NCBI GenBank assembly: GCA_965213705.1
Contig: OZ243913.1
Coordinates: 736,001 to 800,000 of the forward strand
DNA from: Trueperaceae bacterium
GTDB lineage: Bacteria > Deinococcota > Deinococci > Deinococcales > Trueperaceae
DNA: 64,000 bases
Reading direction: 5' to 3'
Part shown: positions 10,068 through 20,085 of the stretch, in pieces
Layout of the letters: each line of letters begins with the position of its first letter
Position numbering within the stretch: the first letter of the stretch is position 1
Made by a program: the position numbers and the translations under genes
The notes under the pieces: generated by a model
The model's input: the letters and a program-made list of their open reading frames with translations, nothing else
Database searches by the model: none
Told to the model about the DNA's origin: nothing

Positions 10068-10227
10068 GGTGGCGGGTTCACCTCGAGCCGCTCGAGTCTC
10101 ACCGTCCTCGTTTTTTGAGATTCTTGTTTTTGAAATTTCTGAGGTTCCCGGAACGGGTTCGCTTTCTTCAAGTGCAAAGCTGCTTTCCCAAACCGGGTAG
10201 CTACGATAAACCGTGACTCTCAGCCAC

Positions 10228-10260
10228 AAAAAAGCCGAGGCGCGTGCCTCGGCTTTTGTT
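10228..10260. terminator. Bidirectional intrinsic terminator
   Basis: AAAAGCCGAGGC-GCGT-GCCTCGGCTTTT between convergent genes. Confidence 0.85.
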
Positions 10261-10279
10261 AAAGAAAAAACCGGGTCGC

Positions 10280-10861
10280 TTAGCCGCCACCCGTTTCGCT
10301 ACCGCCGGTCTCGCCGTCCATGTCAGTGCCCATATCGCTACCGCCGGTCTCGCCCGTACCGCCGGTTTCACCCATGTCGCTACCGCCGGTTTCGCCACCC
10401 ATCATCGCGCCGCCGGTTTCACCCATGCCGCCCGTTTCGCCCATCATGGCGCCGCCGGTCTCGCCGGACATACCCATCATGCCCATCGCGGCGTCGAACT
10501 CCATCTCGTCGATGCTGCCGTCGCCGTCGGTGTCGAAGTCGGCGAAGGTCATGCCCATCATGGCGCCGCCGGTTTCAGCCATGCCACCCGTCTCGCTGCC
10601 CATCATGCCGCCCATCATCGGGGTCATAGCGTCGAACTCCATCTCGTCGATGCTGCCGTCGCCGTCGGTGTCGAAGTCGGCGAAGGTCATGCCCATCATG
10701 CCACCCATCATGTCGCCACCGGTTTCACCCATACCGCCGGTTTCGCCCATCATGGCACCGCCCGTTTCCGCCCCACCCGTTTCCGACCCGCCCGTGTCCT
10801 GAGCAAAGGCCAGACCCAGCGTGAGAACCAGGCTGAAGACTAACGCAAACATTTTTTTCAC
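10280..10861 (-). CDS. Secreted Gly/Met/Glu-rich repeat protein with two EF-hand loops
   Basis: Signal peptide; about 14 xETGG repeats; two DTDGDGSIDEME loops; GGGGA RBS. Confidence 0.8.
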   Translation of the reverse strand: MKKMFALVFSLVLTLGLAFAQDTGGSETGGAETGGAMMGETGGMGETGGDMMGGMMGMTFADFDTDGDGSIDEMEFDAMTPMMGGMMGSETGGMAETGGAMMGMTFADFDTDGDGSIDEMEFDAAMGMMGMSGETGGAMMGETGGMGETGGAMMGGETGGSDMGETGGTGETGGSDMGTDMDGETGGSETGGG

Positions 10862-11189
10862 GGTTTTCCCCCTTCATGAAATGTTCGGCTCCAGCGAGCC
10901 TTAGCGCCCACTGGAGAACGTCTTTAACCGAACTAACCGAAGTATAAAACTTCACTATGAAAAGAAAATGTAACTAAGGGTAGCTAAAGTCGGCCGCGAG
11001 GACGCGTCGTGGCTTCAGAACCGGCTCGAGCCCGCTTGAAACGCGCTTTAGGACATCTTTCTCTCACAAATTCCTCTTACAGACCGGGGCAACCTTCGGA
11101 ACCAAGCGCGGCGCGTAGTGACAAGCGCCTGTAAACTCTTTCGAGTAGCGACCATGCGGCAATACACAGCCCGCATCACGCTTTTGGGC

Positions 11190-11504
11190 TCAACCCGTCG
11201 CGGGTAGGGCGTCCAGGCGCTCGAGCAGCGCTTCCAAGTCGTCCGGGTTGTCTAAAAAGCGCGGGTCCAACGTGTCGCCCGCGTCCAGCCCTTCGACCGG
11301 GTGCTCGGTCGACAGCACGCGGTAGTCCGACACGCCCTCGCCTTGAAAATGCACCGGCGTGACCGCCATGCGGCCCGCGTTTTCCATGCCGGGCGGCTCC
11401 TCGCCGACGAGCGCGCCGTAGCCGTTGTCGCAGCGGTAAATCCGCTCGATTTCGCCGACCATACCCGTACCGACCATGCGTTCTTCTACCAGGGTGTAAG
11501 CCAT
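11190..11504 (-). CDS. Hypothetical protein (104 aa)
   Basis: ATG 7 nt after TATACT; host-like codon usage. Confidence 0.6.
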   Translation of the reverse strand: MAYTLVEERMVGTGMVGEIERIYRCDNGYGALVGEEPPGMENAGRMAVTPVHFQGEGVSDYRVLSTEHPVEGLDAGDTLDPRFLDNPDDLEALLERLDALPATG

Positions 11505-11720
11505 GTTCGGAAGTATACCGGATTTGCGCCGTGCGGGCCGCTTTGGTTTCAGCTTCCAATCCACCGACCTACCGCAAACTTATCGTAAGGTAACTCATTT
11601 GTAGAGCGCTTCCGCCGTGTGATACTGCGGAGAGACAACATTATTATCAGAGCTACGCTTTGTTACGGCGACACGTTACGGCGATACCCGGCGGCACGGG
11701 TTAGCGAACCTCGGAGGTAG

Positions 11721-14615
11721 TTGATGTGTAAACCCTTACGGACAGTGCTCTTTACGTTTTTGGCGGCGCTGCTGGCGTTGAGTGCGGCGCAGACCGATAC
11801 GGCTCGAGACGCGGCCCTGCTCGAGCTGAGCCCCGTCACCTTGGACGGTCGGGCGCTCACCCCGAGCGACCCGCTGCCGGTAGACCCGGCGCTGCGGGTC
11901 GGCCAACTCGACAACGGCCTGACCTACTACATCCGCCAGAACACCGAGCCGCGCAACCGCGCCGAACTCGCGCTCGTCGTCAACGCGGGCTCGGTGTTGG
12001 AGGACGAGAACCAGCGCGGACTGGCGCACTTGCTCGAGCACATGCTCTTTAACGGCACCGAGAACTTCGCAGGGCCGGAGATTGTGAACTATCTCGAGAG
12101 CATCGGCATGACCTTCGGGGCCGACGTGAACGCCTACACCAGTTTCGACGAAACGGTCTACACCCTCACCGTGCCGCTCGATGATGAGGACACGGTGCGG
12201 ACCGCCTTTGCAATTTTAAGCGACTGGGCCGCGCGCGCTACCCTCGACCCGGCGGAAATCGACGCCGAGCGCCCGGTCATCATCGAAGAGGAGCGCTTGC
12301 GCGACCAGAACGTGAACGGGCGGCTGCTCGAGCAAATCCTGCCCGTCCAGTTCGGCGACTCGCGCTACGCCGAACGGCTGCCCATCGGCAGCATGGACGT
12401 GATTCGCAACGCGCCGCCGGAAACTATAAAGCGCTTTTACGAAACCTGGTACCGACCCGACCTGATGGCGCTCATAGCGGTCGGCGACTTCGACCCGGCA
12501 ACCTTCGAGGGCTATATTAAAGACGCCTTTGCGGGGCTTGAGAACCCCGCCGACCCCGCGCCGCGCGTTACCTACGACGTGCCGCCGCACGAGGACACCC
12601 GCTACCTCATCACGAGCGACCCCGAATTTCCCTACACTTTCGTCGAACTCGACCTGGCGCGGGCGAGCGAGAGCACGCAGACTGTTCAAGACTACGGCCA
12701 AGACCTCGCCTCGAGCCTGTTCACCACCCTCCTCAACCAGCGCTTGGACGAGCGCAGCCGCGCCGCGGACGCGCCCTTCTTGGGCGCGAGCGTGGGCACC
12801 AGCGGCCTGACCCGCGACACCGAAAACGTTACTTTAGGCGTCCAGACCGACGACGGCGCGGCTTTGACCGGCTTGGCGGCGCTGGTCGAAGAGGTTGAGC
12901 GCGCGCGGCGCTTCGGCTTTACCGAGACCGAACTGGCACGCGCCAAGGACGACCTGCTGAGCTTTTTGGAGCAACGTTTCCAGCAGCAAGACGACATCGA
13001 CAGCTCGGCCCTCGTCAGCTTTTTGACCTCGACGTTTTTGGAGAACAGCGTCTACACGACGAACGAAACCGACTACAAACTCGCCGAAGAACTGCTGCCG
13101 CAAATCACCCTGGACGACGTCAACGCGCTCGCGGAAACGCTGCTGCGCGAGGACAACCGGGTGGTCCTCGTCATCGCACCCGAAAAAGCGGGGCTCGAGC
13201 TGCCCACCCAGGCCGAGGTTGCGGGCGTCATCGCCGAGGCGCAGGCCAGGGAGTTGAGCGCCTACGAAGACACCGTCACCGACGCCGACCTTGTCGAAAC
13301 GCCGCCCGCGCCCGCCGCGGTGACGGACGAGACGTACTTGGACAACGTGGACGCGACGGTTCTCACGCTCGAGAACGGCGTGCGCGTCGTCGTCAAGACC
13401 ACCGACTTTACCCGCGGCGAAGTCTTGATGTCCGGCGTGAGCTACGGTGGTTCCTCGCTCGTGGGCGACGCGGACGTGCCCGAAGCCTCCATTATCACGA
13501 GCGTCGTGGGCGACAGCGGCGTGGGGAGTTTCAGCAAAAACGAACTCAACCGCTTGTTGACCGGCAAAAACGTGAGCTTGAGCGTGTCTATCGGCGAACT
13601 GACCGAAGGCTTCAGCGGCAGCGCCGAAAAGAGTGACTTGACAACGCTGTTCGAACTCGTCTACCTCTACGCTACCCAACCTCGAGAAGACACGGTCGCC
13701 TTCGCGCGCACCCAGGACCAGCTCCGCGCCGCGCTCCGCAACCGCGACACCCAGCCGCAAGCGGTGTTCCGTGACGCTATCACCGAAGCGCTCTACGGCG
13801 ACGCCCCGCGCCGCCAACCGCTGACCCTGGACGAGGTCGATACTCTGGACTACCAGAGAGCCTTTGATATTTACCAGGAGCGCTTCGCCGACATGGGCGA
13901 CTTCGTATTCACCTTCGTCGGCGACGTGACGGTGGACGAGGTGCGCGACCTCGCGCAGCGCTACCTGGGTAACTTGCCCTCCGCGCAGGGTGAGGAAACT
14001 TACGCGGACGTCGCGCCCGACTTACCGGACGGTGTCGTGGCGAAGGCCGTCTACAAAGGCAAAGAACAACAAAGCATCGTCCACGTGCGCTTTTTCGGCC
14101 CGATGAACCCGTCGCGGCAGGAGCGGCTTAAGCTGCTCTTGCTCGAGAACGCCCTCTCCATCGTGGTGCGCGAAGAGTTGCGCGAAACGCTGGGCGGCAC
14201 CTATTCGCCGAACGTATTTTCAAGCATCAGCAAGCGCCCCAAAGCGACCTACGCCGTCGGCGTCGAGTTTAGCGCCGACCCGGCGCGCGTGGACGAACTC
14301 GTCCAGGCCACCTTCAAAACCCTCACCGCGTTCCGCGTCGACGGCCCCGACGCTGACACGTTCGCCAAGGCGCAAGAACAGGCCAAACGCAACTACGAAA
14401 CCAACTTCGAACAGAACGGCTTTTGGCGCTACGTGCTCGAGTACTACGTGGCCCTCAACCCGGACGAGGACGTGTCGAGTTTGCTCGACTACGAACGTGA
14501 AATCGACGCGCTGACGCCCCAAGACCTGCGCGACGCGGCGCAGACCTACCTCCACACCGACCGCTACGCGGGCGTGGTGCTGTACCCGGAGAGTTACGCG
14601 TTGGTGCAGCCGTAA
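11721..14615 (+). CDS. Secreted M16 zinc peptidase (PqqL/insulinase-like)
   Basis: HLLEH inverted zinc motif, NAYTSFDET, LRETLGGTYS; signal peptide; GGAGG RBS. Confidence 0.92.
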   Translation: MMCKPLRTVLFTFLAALLALSAAQTDTARDAALLELSPVTLDGRALTPSDPLPVDPALRVGQLDNGLTYYIRQNTEPRNRAELALVVNAGSVLEDENQRGLAHLLEHMLFNGTENFAGPEIVNYLESIGMTFGADVNAYTSFDETVYTLTVPLDDEDTVRTAFAILSDWAARATLDPAEIDAERPVIIEEERLRDQNVNGRLLEQILPVQFGDSRYAERLPIGSMDVIRNAPPETIKRFYETWYRPDLMALIAVGDFDPATFEGYIKDAFAGLENPADPAPRVTYDVPPHEDTRYLITSDPEFPYTFVELDLARASESTQTVQDYGQDLASSLFTTLLNQRLDERSRAADAPFLGASVGTSGLTRDTENVTLGVQTDDGAALTGLAALVEEVERARRFGFTETELARAKDDLLSFLEQRFQQQDDIDSSALVSFLTSTFLENSVYTTNETDYKLAEELLPQITLDDVNALAETLLREDNRVVLVIAPEKAGLELPTQAEVAGVIAEAQARELSAYEDTVTDADLVETPPAPAAVTDETYLDNVDATVLTLENGVRVVVKTTDFTRGEVLMSGVSYGGSSLVGDADVPEASIITSVVGDSGVGSFSKNELNRLLTGKNVSLSVSIGELTEGFSGSAEKSDLTTLFELVYLYATQPREDTVAFARTQDQLRAALRNRDTQPQAVFRDAITEALYGDAPRRQPLTLDEVDTLDYQRAFDIYQERFADMGDFVFTFVGDVTVDEVRDLAQRYLGNLPSAQGEETYADVAPDLPDGVVAKAVYKGKEQQSIVHVRFFGPMNPSRQERLKLLLLENALSIVVREELRETLGGTYSPNVFSSISKRPKATYAVGVEFSADPARVDELVQATFKTLTAFRVDGPDADTFAKAQEQAKRNYETNFEQNGFWRYVLEYYVALNPDEDVSSLLDYEREIDALTPQDLRDAAQTYLHTDRYAGVVLYPESYALVQP

Positions 14616-14712
14616 CTTAAACGTTACAGAAGTTCGACGAGGGAGGGCCAAAAGGTTTTCCCTCGTTAAAAATCTCGAGCAAAGCCAACCTCAGTTCGAA
14701 ACTTTGCCCTGC

Positions 14713-15164
14713 TTACCTCAAAAGCCGCTCGTCCACCCCATAAGAGTTTGTCGAGGCTTTTATCCGCCCGAAAGACGGGTGGAGCGGGTTGAGCAAGTAG
14801 TTCCATTCCTGCGGGATGACCCGGCTCGGCACCCGGAGCACACAACTTCGTGCCTCGGTTAACCATGCGTCACCGTAACTGCGACTGTCGAGCGCGTCGG
14901 GCGCTGCTAAACGTTCAGCACAGGTTCCTCTAAAATCTCAATCAAAACTTCGGAAATGTCTATGCGGCTTTTGACGTAGTGGGCGAGTTGCTGCTTGAGG
15001 GTCAAGTTGACGAACAACTCCAGGGTGGCGAGCGCTAAGCTGCCTGAGCTGTAAACGATGCGCTTGCCTTGGCTGTGCCAGCGTCCGGGCGCGAACAACC
15101 CGCCGGTGCCACTCATCGCTTGGTCCTGGTAACGCTCGTGGGTAAGCCGCCAGGCGGTTATCAA
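14713..15164 (-). pseudogene. RES-domain toxin (NAD+ phosphorylase family), frameshifted
   Basis: TTG start overlaps antitoxin stop; GRW...VYSS...LE N-half stops at 14907; C-half GDAW...VPSRVIPQEWNYLLNPLHP...DERL continues in another frame to TAA at 14713. Confidence 0.8.
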
Positions 15165-15553
15165 GAATAAATGCCCCAGGCGAGTTGTTTGAGAAGCGTG
15201 CTCACCGCGTCCGCGCCGGGGTCGGTGTCGAGCAGACTCAAAGGCGTACCGGCAAGGGCCGGGAGCGGCGTTTTCAGCCATTGCAGGGTGTCCGGATAGT
15301 CGCCGAAGAAGCTAAGTGCTTCTTTGTACACGCGGGCGACGCGGCTGATGGCGTTACTTTCACTCACCTTGAAGACGCCCTCGCTCTGCCGCTTGGTCAG
15401 CGTGCGCCGCGGAATGCCTAAGAGCTGTGCAAGTTCGTCCGTGCTCAGCTCCAGCGCGCCGCGCAAGGCGACAAAACTCTCAAAAGCCAGTCCTTCACGA
15501 ACGGCTGCGATAAGTTCTACGCTGTCATCCTGGACGAGCTGTTGCAGGGTCAC
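15161..15553 (-). CDS. Xre/MbcA-like antitoxin of a RES-Xre type II TA pair
   Basis: HTH (ELAQLLGIPRRTL) plus WLKTPLPALAGTPLSLL C-domain. Confidence 0.88.
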   Translation of the reverse strand: MTLQQLVQDDSVELIAAVREGLAFESFVALRGALELSTDELAQLLGIPRRTLTKRQSEGVFKVSESNAISRVARVYKEALSFFGDYPDTLQWLKTPLPALAGTPLSLLDTDPGADAVSTLLKQLAWGIYS

Positions 15554-15684
15554 CTGGCACCTCTTGGCAATTGTACTACAGCCCGTGGCAAAAGTGCTTC
15601 GCAGCTACTCTTTTGCGCTACAACCCAGCCTGTCCCACTGTGCTCTTACCTTCGCCCAGACATGATGGGGGTTCAGGAGGACGT

Positions 15685-16011
15685 GTGCCAAACACCCCAG
15701 TCACCCCCGACACCTCAGGCGCTTCAGGGACCTCGGTTGCCCCGGAGACCTCAGCCACCCCGAATACTTCCGGTACAGCCGCGAACTGTGACTACGAATT
15801 TACCGACGACAACCTGCTGGCGCTGTGGCTCGAGTTTCAAAAAGAACAAGCCGCTACCTGCCCGGTCACCGACGCCAAGATTGACCTGAGTTTGGAGAAC
15901 GACCCCGCAGAGGGCGGCGGCGAGCCGGTCGTTCAGGTCAAATGCACCCAGTGCGGCCGCGAGGCCCAGTTCAAGCCGGGACCGCACGAGGGTTTCGGTT
16001 GGGCGGAGTAA
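15685..16011 (+). CDS. Hypothetical protein with disordered N-terminus and Cys motifs
   Basis: AGGAGG RBS then GTG; CPVT and CTQC motifs. Confidence 0.6.
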   Translation: MPNTPVTPDTSGASGTSVAPETSATPNTSGTAANCDYEFTDDNLLALWLEFQKEQAATCPVTDAKIDLSLENDPAEGGGEPVVQVKCTQCGREAQFKPGPHEGFGWAE

Positions 16012-16045
16012 AAGTTCTAAGCCGACGACCTGCTAAACTTCTCCT

Positions 16046-16420
16046 ATGAAACGCCAGACGAGCCAGCGGCGCGCGATTTTAAATACCTTGGAAAGCGCGC
16101 CGGGGCCGCTCACGCCGCAGGAAGTATTGGAACTCGCCTCGCAAGAAGCGAGTTTGGGGCTGGCGACGGTGTACCGAAATCTCAATACTTTGGAACAAAC
16201 GGGGGAGGTTGTCGCGGTTCACTTGCCCGGCGACACCACACGCTTCGAGCCTGCGGGCCGCGGCCATCACCACCACTTCCGCTGCGAAACGTGCGAACAA
16301 GTGTTCGAACTCAGCGCCAAGTGCCCGGTGGCGGTTTTAGAAGGCGCGACGCTGCCCGGCGGTTTCCGGGTCGAGCACCACGAGTTGACGCTGTACGGGG
16401 TGTGTCCGGGGTGTCAGTGA
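16046..16420 (+). CDS. Fur family transcriptional regulator
   Basis: LATVYRNL, HHHHFRCETC, C-terminal CPGC. Confidence 0.93.
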   Translation: MKRQTSQRRAILNTLESAPGPLTPQEVLELASQEASLGLATVYRNLNTLEQTGEVVAVHLPGDTTRFEPAGRGHHHHFRCETCEQVFELSAKCPVAVLEGATLPGGFRVEHHELTLYGVCPGCQ

Positions 16421-16520
16421 AAAAGTACCGAGGACCGAGTGAAAAGTAAAAAGAGCTGTTTGTCACTCTTTGCTGGTTGTTCGTAAAGACGAAAAACGGA
16501 AAGCGGACGACCAAAAACGT
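16421..16520 (+). repeat. AGTACCG heptamer copy followed by CGAAAAA/CGAAC-type heptamer hairpin
   Basis: AAAAGTACCGAGGACCGAGTGAAAAGTAAAA then GGTTGTTCGTAAAGACGAAAAACGGAAAGCGGACGACCAAAAAC. Confidence 0.7.
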
Positions 16521-16588
16521 TTAGCTCCTCCGCCCCCCGACCGAAAAGTTACACCCGCCTCGCTGACACTGCGTGCTACCGTTTGGCT

Positions 16589-17212
16589 GTGTCGAGCGTC
16601 GAGCTTATTTACCAAGTTCTCATCCTGAGCCGCGTGCCTTACCGCTTCGTCCAGTCGAGCGAGGAGGGTTTGCGCTTGGCTTTGATTGTGGTGTTCGTGG
16701 CGGGGTTGTCGCAGGCGCTGTCGCAGAGTGTGGCGCTGTTCGCCTACCGGGTGAGGCCGCGGCGGTTTGTGCTGAGTTTGCTGGTGGGCGCGGGCGTGTA
16801 CCTGTTCGGGTTTTTGTTTCTGGTCTCGAGCGTCTGGTTCGTCGCCCGCTACTTTTTTGGGGAAACGGTGCCGCTCCTTGTGGTGGTACGCACCGTCGGG
16901 CTCGCCTACGCGCCCTACTTGTTCAGCTTCGTCATCCTGACGCCTTACTTCGGGTCTTTTCTGTCGGTGACGTTGGCCTTGTGGAGTTTGAGCGCGACGC
17001 TGCTGGCGCTGTCGGTCATCTTCGGCCTGACGCTGTTCCAGGCGCTGCTCTGCAGCGCCCTAGGCTGGCTGTTGCTGCAGGTCGCGCAGCGCACCGTCGG
17101 GCGGCCGGTGCAGGCGCTGGCGCGGGCGGCGCGGCGCTTGGCGGCGGGGCGAAAGCTCGAGTTCACCCCTGAAAGCCTGCGCGACCTCATCCGCAGGGGT
17201 CGCGACCCGTGA
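16589..17212 (+). CDS. Yip1-like integral membrane protein
   Basis: About five TMs, GLAYAPY motif; GTG 6 nt after TACCGT. Confidence 0.7.
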   Translation: MSSVELIYQVLILSRVPYRFVQSSEEGLRLALIVVFVAGLSQALSQSVALFAYRVRPRRFVLSLLVGAGVYLFGFLFLVSSVWFVARYFFGETVPLLVVVRTVGLAYAPYLFSFVILTPYFGSFLSVTLALWSLSATLLALSVIFGLTLFQALLCSALGWLLLQVAQRTVGRPVQALARAARRLAAGRKLEFTPESLRDLIRRGRDP

Positions 17213-18174
17213 GAGACGCCCTGGTGTTCGTCCTCGTCGCGCTGGCCGGGTTTTTGTTCGCGGGGGCGCTGTCGCCGTTCGAGGCGCTGGGCTGGTGGGC
17301 GGGCTGGTTCGGCCGCAATCCTGAGGACGTTGAACAAACCGCCGCGCCCAACCCGGTGGTGTCGCGCGCTAAGCACTTCGTCGTCTTTCTCACCGGCATC
17401 CACAGCGTCTCGGAGGAAACGTTCGCGCGGCGCGAAATCGCGCTGTTGGAAGCGCTACGCGAGCGCCTGCCGGAGGCTGAGGTGCTCGAGGTCTTCCCCT
17501 ACTCGGTGCAAAACCGCGCGCTCACCGGGCAGCGCTTTTTCGCCTGGTTCTGGCGTTTCGCCCTGAAACTCAAGTTGAGCCGGGTCGCTTTTGCCGGCTT
17601 CATCATCAACCTGCGCAACGCTTTTCAGGTCGCGGTGTCGGCTGACCGGCGCTACGGCCCCATCTACAACCAGGGCATGGCCGAAACGCTCCACAGCGCC
17701 CTGCGGCAGCACGGCTACCAACCTGACAGCGGGGTACGGGTGACGATTATCGGCTACAGCGGCGGCGGTCAGGTCGCGGTCGGCGCGGCGGCGTACCTCA
17801 AAGAAATCATTCACGCGCCGGTCACCGTCGTCAGCCTAGGCGGGATTATGGCCTCCGACGAAGGCTTGCTGGCGTTAGAAAACCTCTACCACTTGGCCGG
17901 TCGCCGCGACCGGGTGCAGCGTTTGGGGCCGGTGTTTTTCCCGGGCCGCTGGCCGATTCTGCCTTACTCCGCCTGGAACCAGGCGAAGGCCAAGGGAACT
18001 ATCCAAATTGTCGACATGGGGCCGGTCGACCACACCGGCAAGGGCGGTTACTTGGACGCCGAGGCGACGCTGCCGGACGGGCGCAGTCACCTGGCGGCGA
18101 CGGTTGAGACGATTGGGGAGATTGTCGAGTCAGGCAAAAAAAGTACCGAGTACCGAGTACCGAGTACCGAGTAA
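17209..18174 (+). CDS. Membrane-anchored alpha/beta-hydrolase-like protein
   Basis: GTGA overlap with upstream gene; N-terminal TM; GYSGG elbow; late DH. Confidence 0.7.
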   Translation: MRDALVFVLVALAGFLFAGALSPFEALGWWAGWFGRNPEDVEQTAAPNPVVSRAKHFVVFLTGIHSVSEETFARREIALLEALRERLPEAEVLEVFPYSVQNRALTGQRFFAWFWRFALKLKLSRVAFAGFIINLRNAFQVAVSADRRYGPIYNQGMAETLHSALRQHGYQPDSGVRVTIIGYSGGGQVAVGAAAYLKEIIHAPVTVVSLGGIMASDEGLLALENLYHLAGRRDRVQRLGPVFFPGRWPILPYSAWNQAKAKGTIQIVDMGPVDHTGKGGYLDAEATLPDGRSHLAATVETIGEIVESGKKSTEYRVPSTE

Positions 18175-18251
18175 AAAAGGGGAGAGCGTTGTTCGCCGTT
18201 CGTTTTTAGTTGTTCGTTAAGACGAAAAACGAACGGCGAACGACCAAGAAC
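18136..18251 (+). repeat. (AGTACCG)4 tandem array plus inverted heptamer hairpin
   Basis: AGTACCG x4 at 18142-18169; GTTCGCCGTTCGTTTTT (18191-18207) pairs with AAAAACGAACGGCGAAC (18225-18241). Confidence 0.85.
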
Positions 18252-18269
18252 TATTGCCCCTCGAGCCCC

Positions 18270-19799
18270 TCAGCCCGCGTACTCGCCCCACTCCTGGCGC
18301 AATATGCCGCAGATTTCGCCGAGGGTGGCGTGGGCGCGGAAAGCGTCCAGCACGAACGGGAAAAGGTTGTCCTGGCCCCCGGCAGCGTGGCGCAAACTTG
18401 CCAAGGCCGCGTCCATTTTCGCGCCGTCGCGGTTCTGACGAAAAGCCTGCACTTCCTGTTCGCGTTCTCGCTGCACCTCGGGGTCGATTTCCTGGATGGG
18501 GACGGGCGTCTCGCGCTCGAGCCCAAAGCGGTTCACGCCCACGATGACGCGCTCGCCCTGTTCGACTGCCTGCTGAAAACGGTAAGCGGCTTCTTCGATT
18601 TCTTCTTGGATGAAGCCCGCTTCGATGGCCTTGACGCTGCCGCCTAAGTCCTCGACTTGTTGCATCAATTCGTGAGCTTCGGTCTCGAGTGCGTCTGTCA
18701 AGGTTTCGACGTAGTAACTCCCCGCGAGCGGGTCGACGGCCTCGGGTACGCCGGTCTCGTGGGCGAGTATTTGCTGGGTGCGCAGGGCGGTACGCGCCGA
18801 GCTTTCGGTGGGCAGGCCGAGCGCTTCGTCGAGCGCGTTGGTGTGGAGCGACTGGGTGCCGCCCAAGACCGCGGCGAGCGCTTGATACGCCGTGCGCACC
18901 ACGTTGTTGTCGGGCTGCTGCGCGGTTAAAGTGCTCCCGCCGGTCTGGGTGTGAAAACGGAGCATCAGGCTTTTGTCGTCTTTCGCGCCGAAGTCTTTCA
19001 TAATGTGCGCCCACATGCGCCGCGTGGCGCGGAACTTGGCGACCTCTTCGAGTAAGTTGCTGTGGCAGGCGAAAAAGAAGCTCAGGCGCGGGGCGAACAC
19101 GTCTATGTCCAGACCCTTGGACAGCGCCGCGCGCACGTAAGCTTTCGCGTTGGCGAGCGTAAAGGCGATTTCTTGCGCGGCGGTCGAGCCCGCCTCGCGG
19201 ATGTGGTAGCCCGAAATCGAAATCGTGTTCCAACCCGGCACATGGTTTGCACAATACTCGAACACGTCGGTCACGAGCCGCATCGAGGCCTCGGGCGGGT
19301 AGATGTAGGTGCCTCGAGCGATGTACTCCTTCAAAATGTCGTTCTGCACGGTGCCGCCGAGCTTGTCCGGCGCGACGCCCTGTTCCTCGGCCACCAAGAT
19401 ATAGAGCGCCAACAGCATCATAGCGGGCGCGTTGATGGTCATGGAGGTCGTGACTTTGTTCAAAGGCAGGTCTTTCAGCAACGTGCGCATGTCGTCAAGC
19501 GTGGCAATCGACACGCCGACCTTGCCGACCTCACCCCGCGCCAAAGGGTCGTCGGGGTCGAGGCCGAGTTGGGTGGGCAAGTCGAAGGCGACGCTGAGGC
19601 CGGTTTGGCCCTGTGCCAACAAGTAAAGGTAGCGTTCATTCGAGGCCGCCGCCGAGCCGAAGCCTGCGTACTGGCGCATCGTCCACAAACGGCCGGTGCT
19701 GTACATCTGCGGATAGACGCCCCGCGTAAAGGGAAATTCGCCGGGGGTGCCGAGACGCTCGCTCAAACCTTCGGGCGGCGCGGTATAAATCGGTTTCAT
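18270..19799 (-). CDS. mcmA: Methylmalonyl-CoA mutase, substrate-binding (large) subunit
   Basis: [37 protein letters not shown]; no B12-binding domain; ATG 7 nt after TATAAT. Confidence 0.92.
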   Translation of the reverse strand: MKPIYTAPPEGLSERLGTPGEFPFTRGVYPQMYSTGRLWTMRQYAGFGSAAASNERYLYLLAQGQTGLSVAFDLPTQLGLDPDDPLARGEVGKVGVSIATLDDMRTLLKDLPLNKVTTSMTINAPAMMLLALYILVAEEQGVAPDKLGGTVQNDILKEYIARGTYIYPPEASMRLVTDVFEYCANHVPGWNTISISGYHIREAGSTAAQEIAFTLANAKAYVRAALSKGLDIDVFAPRLSFFFACHSNLLEEVAKFRATRRMWAHIMKDFGAKDDKSLMLRFHTQTGGSTLTAQQPDNNVVRTAYQALAAVLGGTQSLHTNALDEALGLPTESSARTALRTQQILAHETGVPEAVDPLAGSYYVETLTDALETEAHELMQQVEDLGGSVKAIEAGFIQEEIEEAAYRFQQAVEQGERVIVGVNRFGLERETPVPIQEIDPEVQREREQEVQAFRQNRDGAKMDAALASLRHAAGGQDNLFPFVLDAFRAHATLGEICGILRQEWGEYAG

Positions 19800-19890
19800 A
19801 AAAGTGATTATACGGGCGGAACTGTTTCGACAAAGAAGTGTACTGCCGGAGGTGTTTGGGAGAAGCCCAAAGCCGGTTTTCACCTACGGT

Positions 19891-19990
19891 CGTCGTTGCG
19901 GGGAGCGTAAGCTGTGAGGCAACCTCAACGCAGAAGCACTACCAGACGAACCTCCTCACTCGAGATTGCTGCGCTTCGCTCGCAAGGACG
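19891..19990. repeat. Degenerate palindromic element
   Basis: Ends CGTCGTTGCG / CGCAAGGACG and inner GCAACCTC / GAGATTGC are inverted pairs. Confidence 0.6.
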
Positions 19991-20085
19991 AACTGTTGTG
20001 CGCGGCTTGACAACTTTGCGGCAGCCCTGCTGATAGAGGCATTTTGACCAAAGTCCTAAGCATTCGTGAAGTAGGATTGGTGGTT

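Noticed and set aside
10213..10843. Plus-strand His-, Pro- or Arg-rich repeat ORFs
   Set aside because: Antisense shadows of the EF-hand gene, which has the RBS and signal peptide.
11662..11684. GTTACGGCGA direct repeat upstream of the M16 peptidase
   Set aside because: Two copies only, with no assignable regulator.
15165..15281. N-terminal extension of the RES ORF in the track
   Set aside because: Overlaps the antitoxin; a TTG start at 15164 fits the RES family length.
19800..20085. Cobalamin riboswitch upstream of mcmA
   Set aside because: No B12-box recognised and mcmA appears leaderless.
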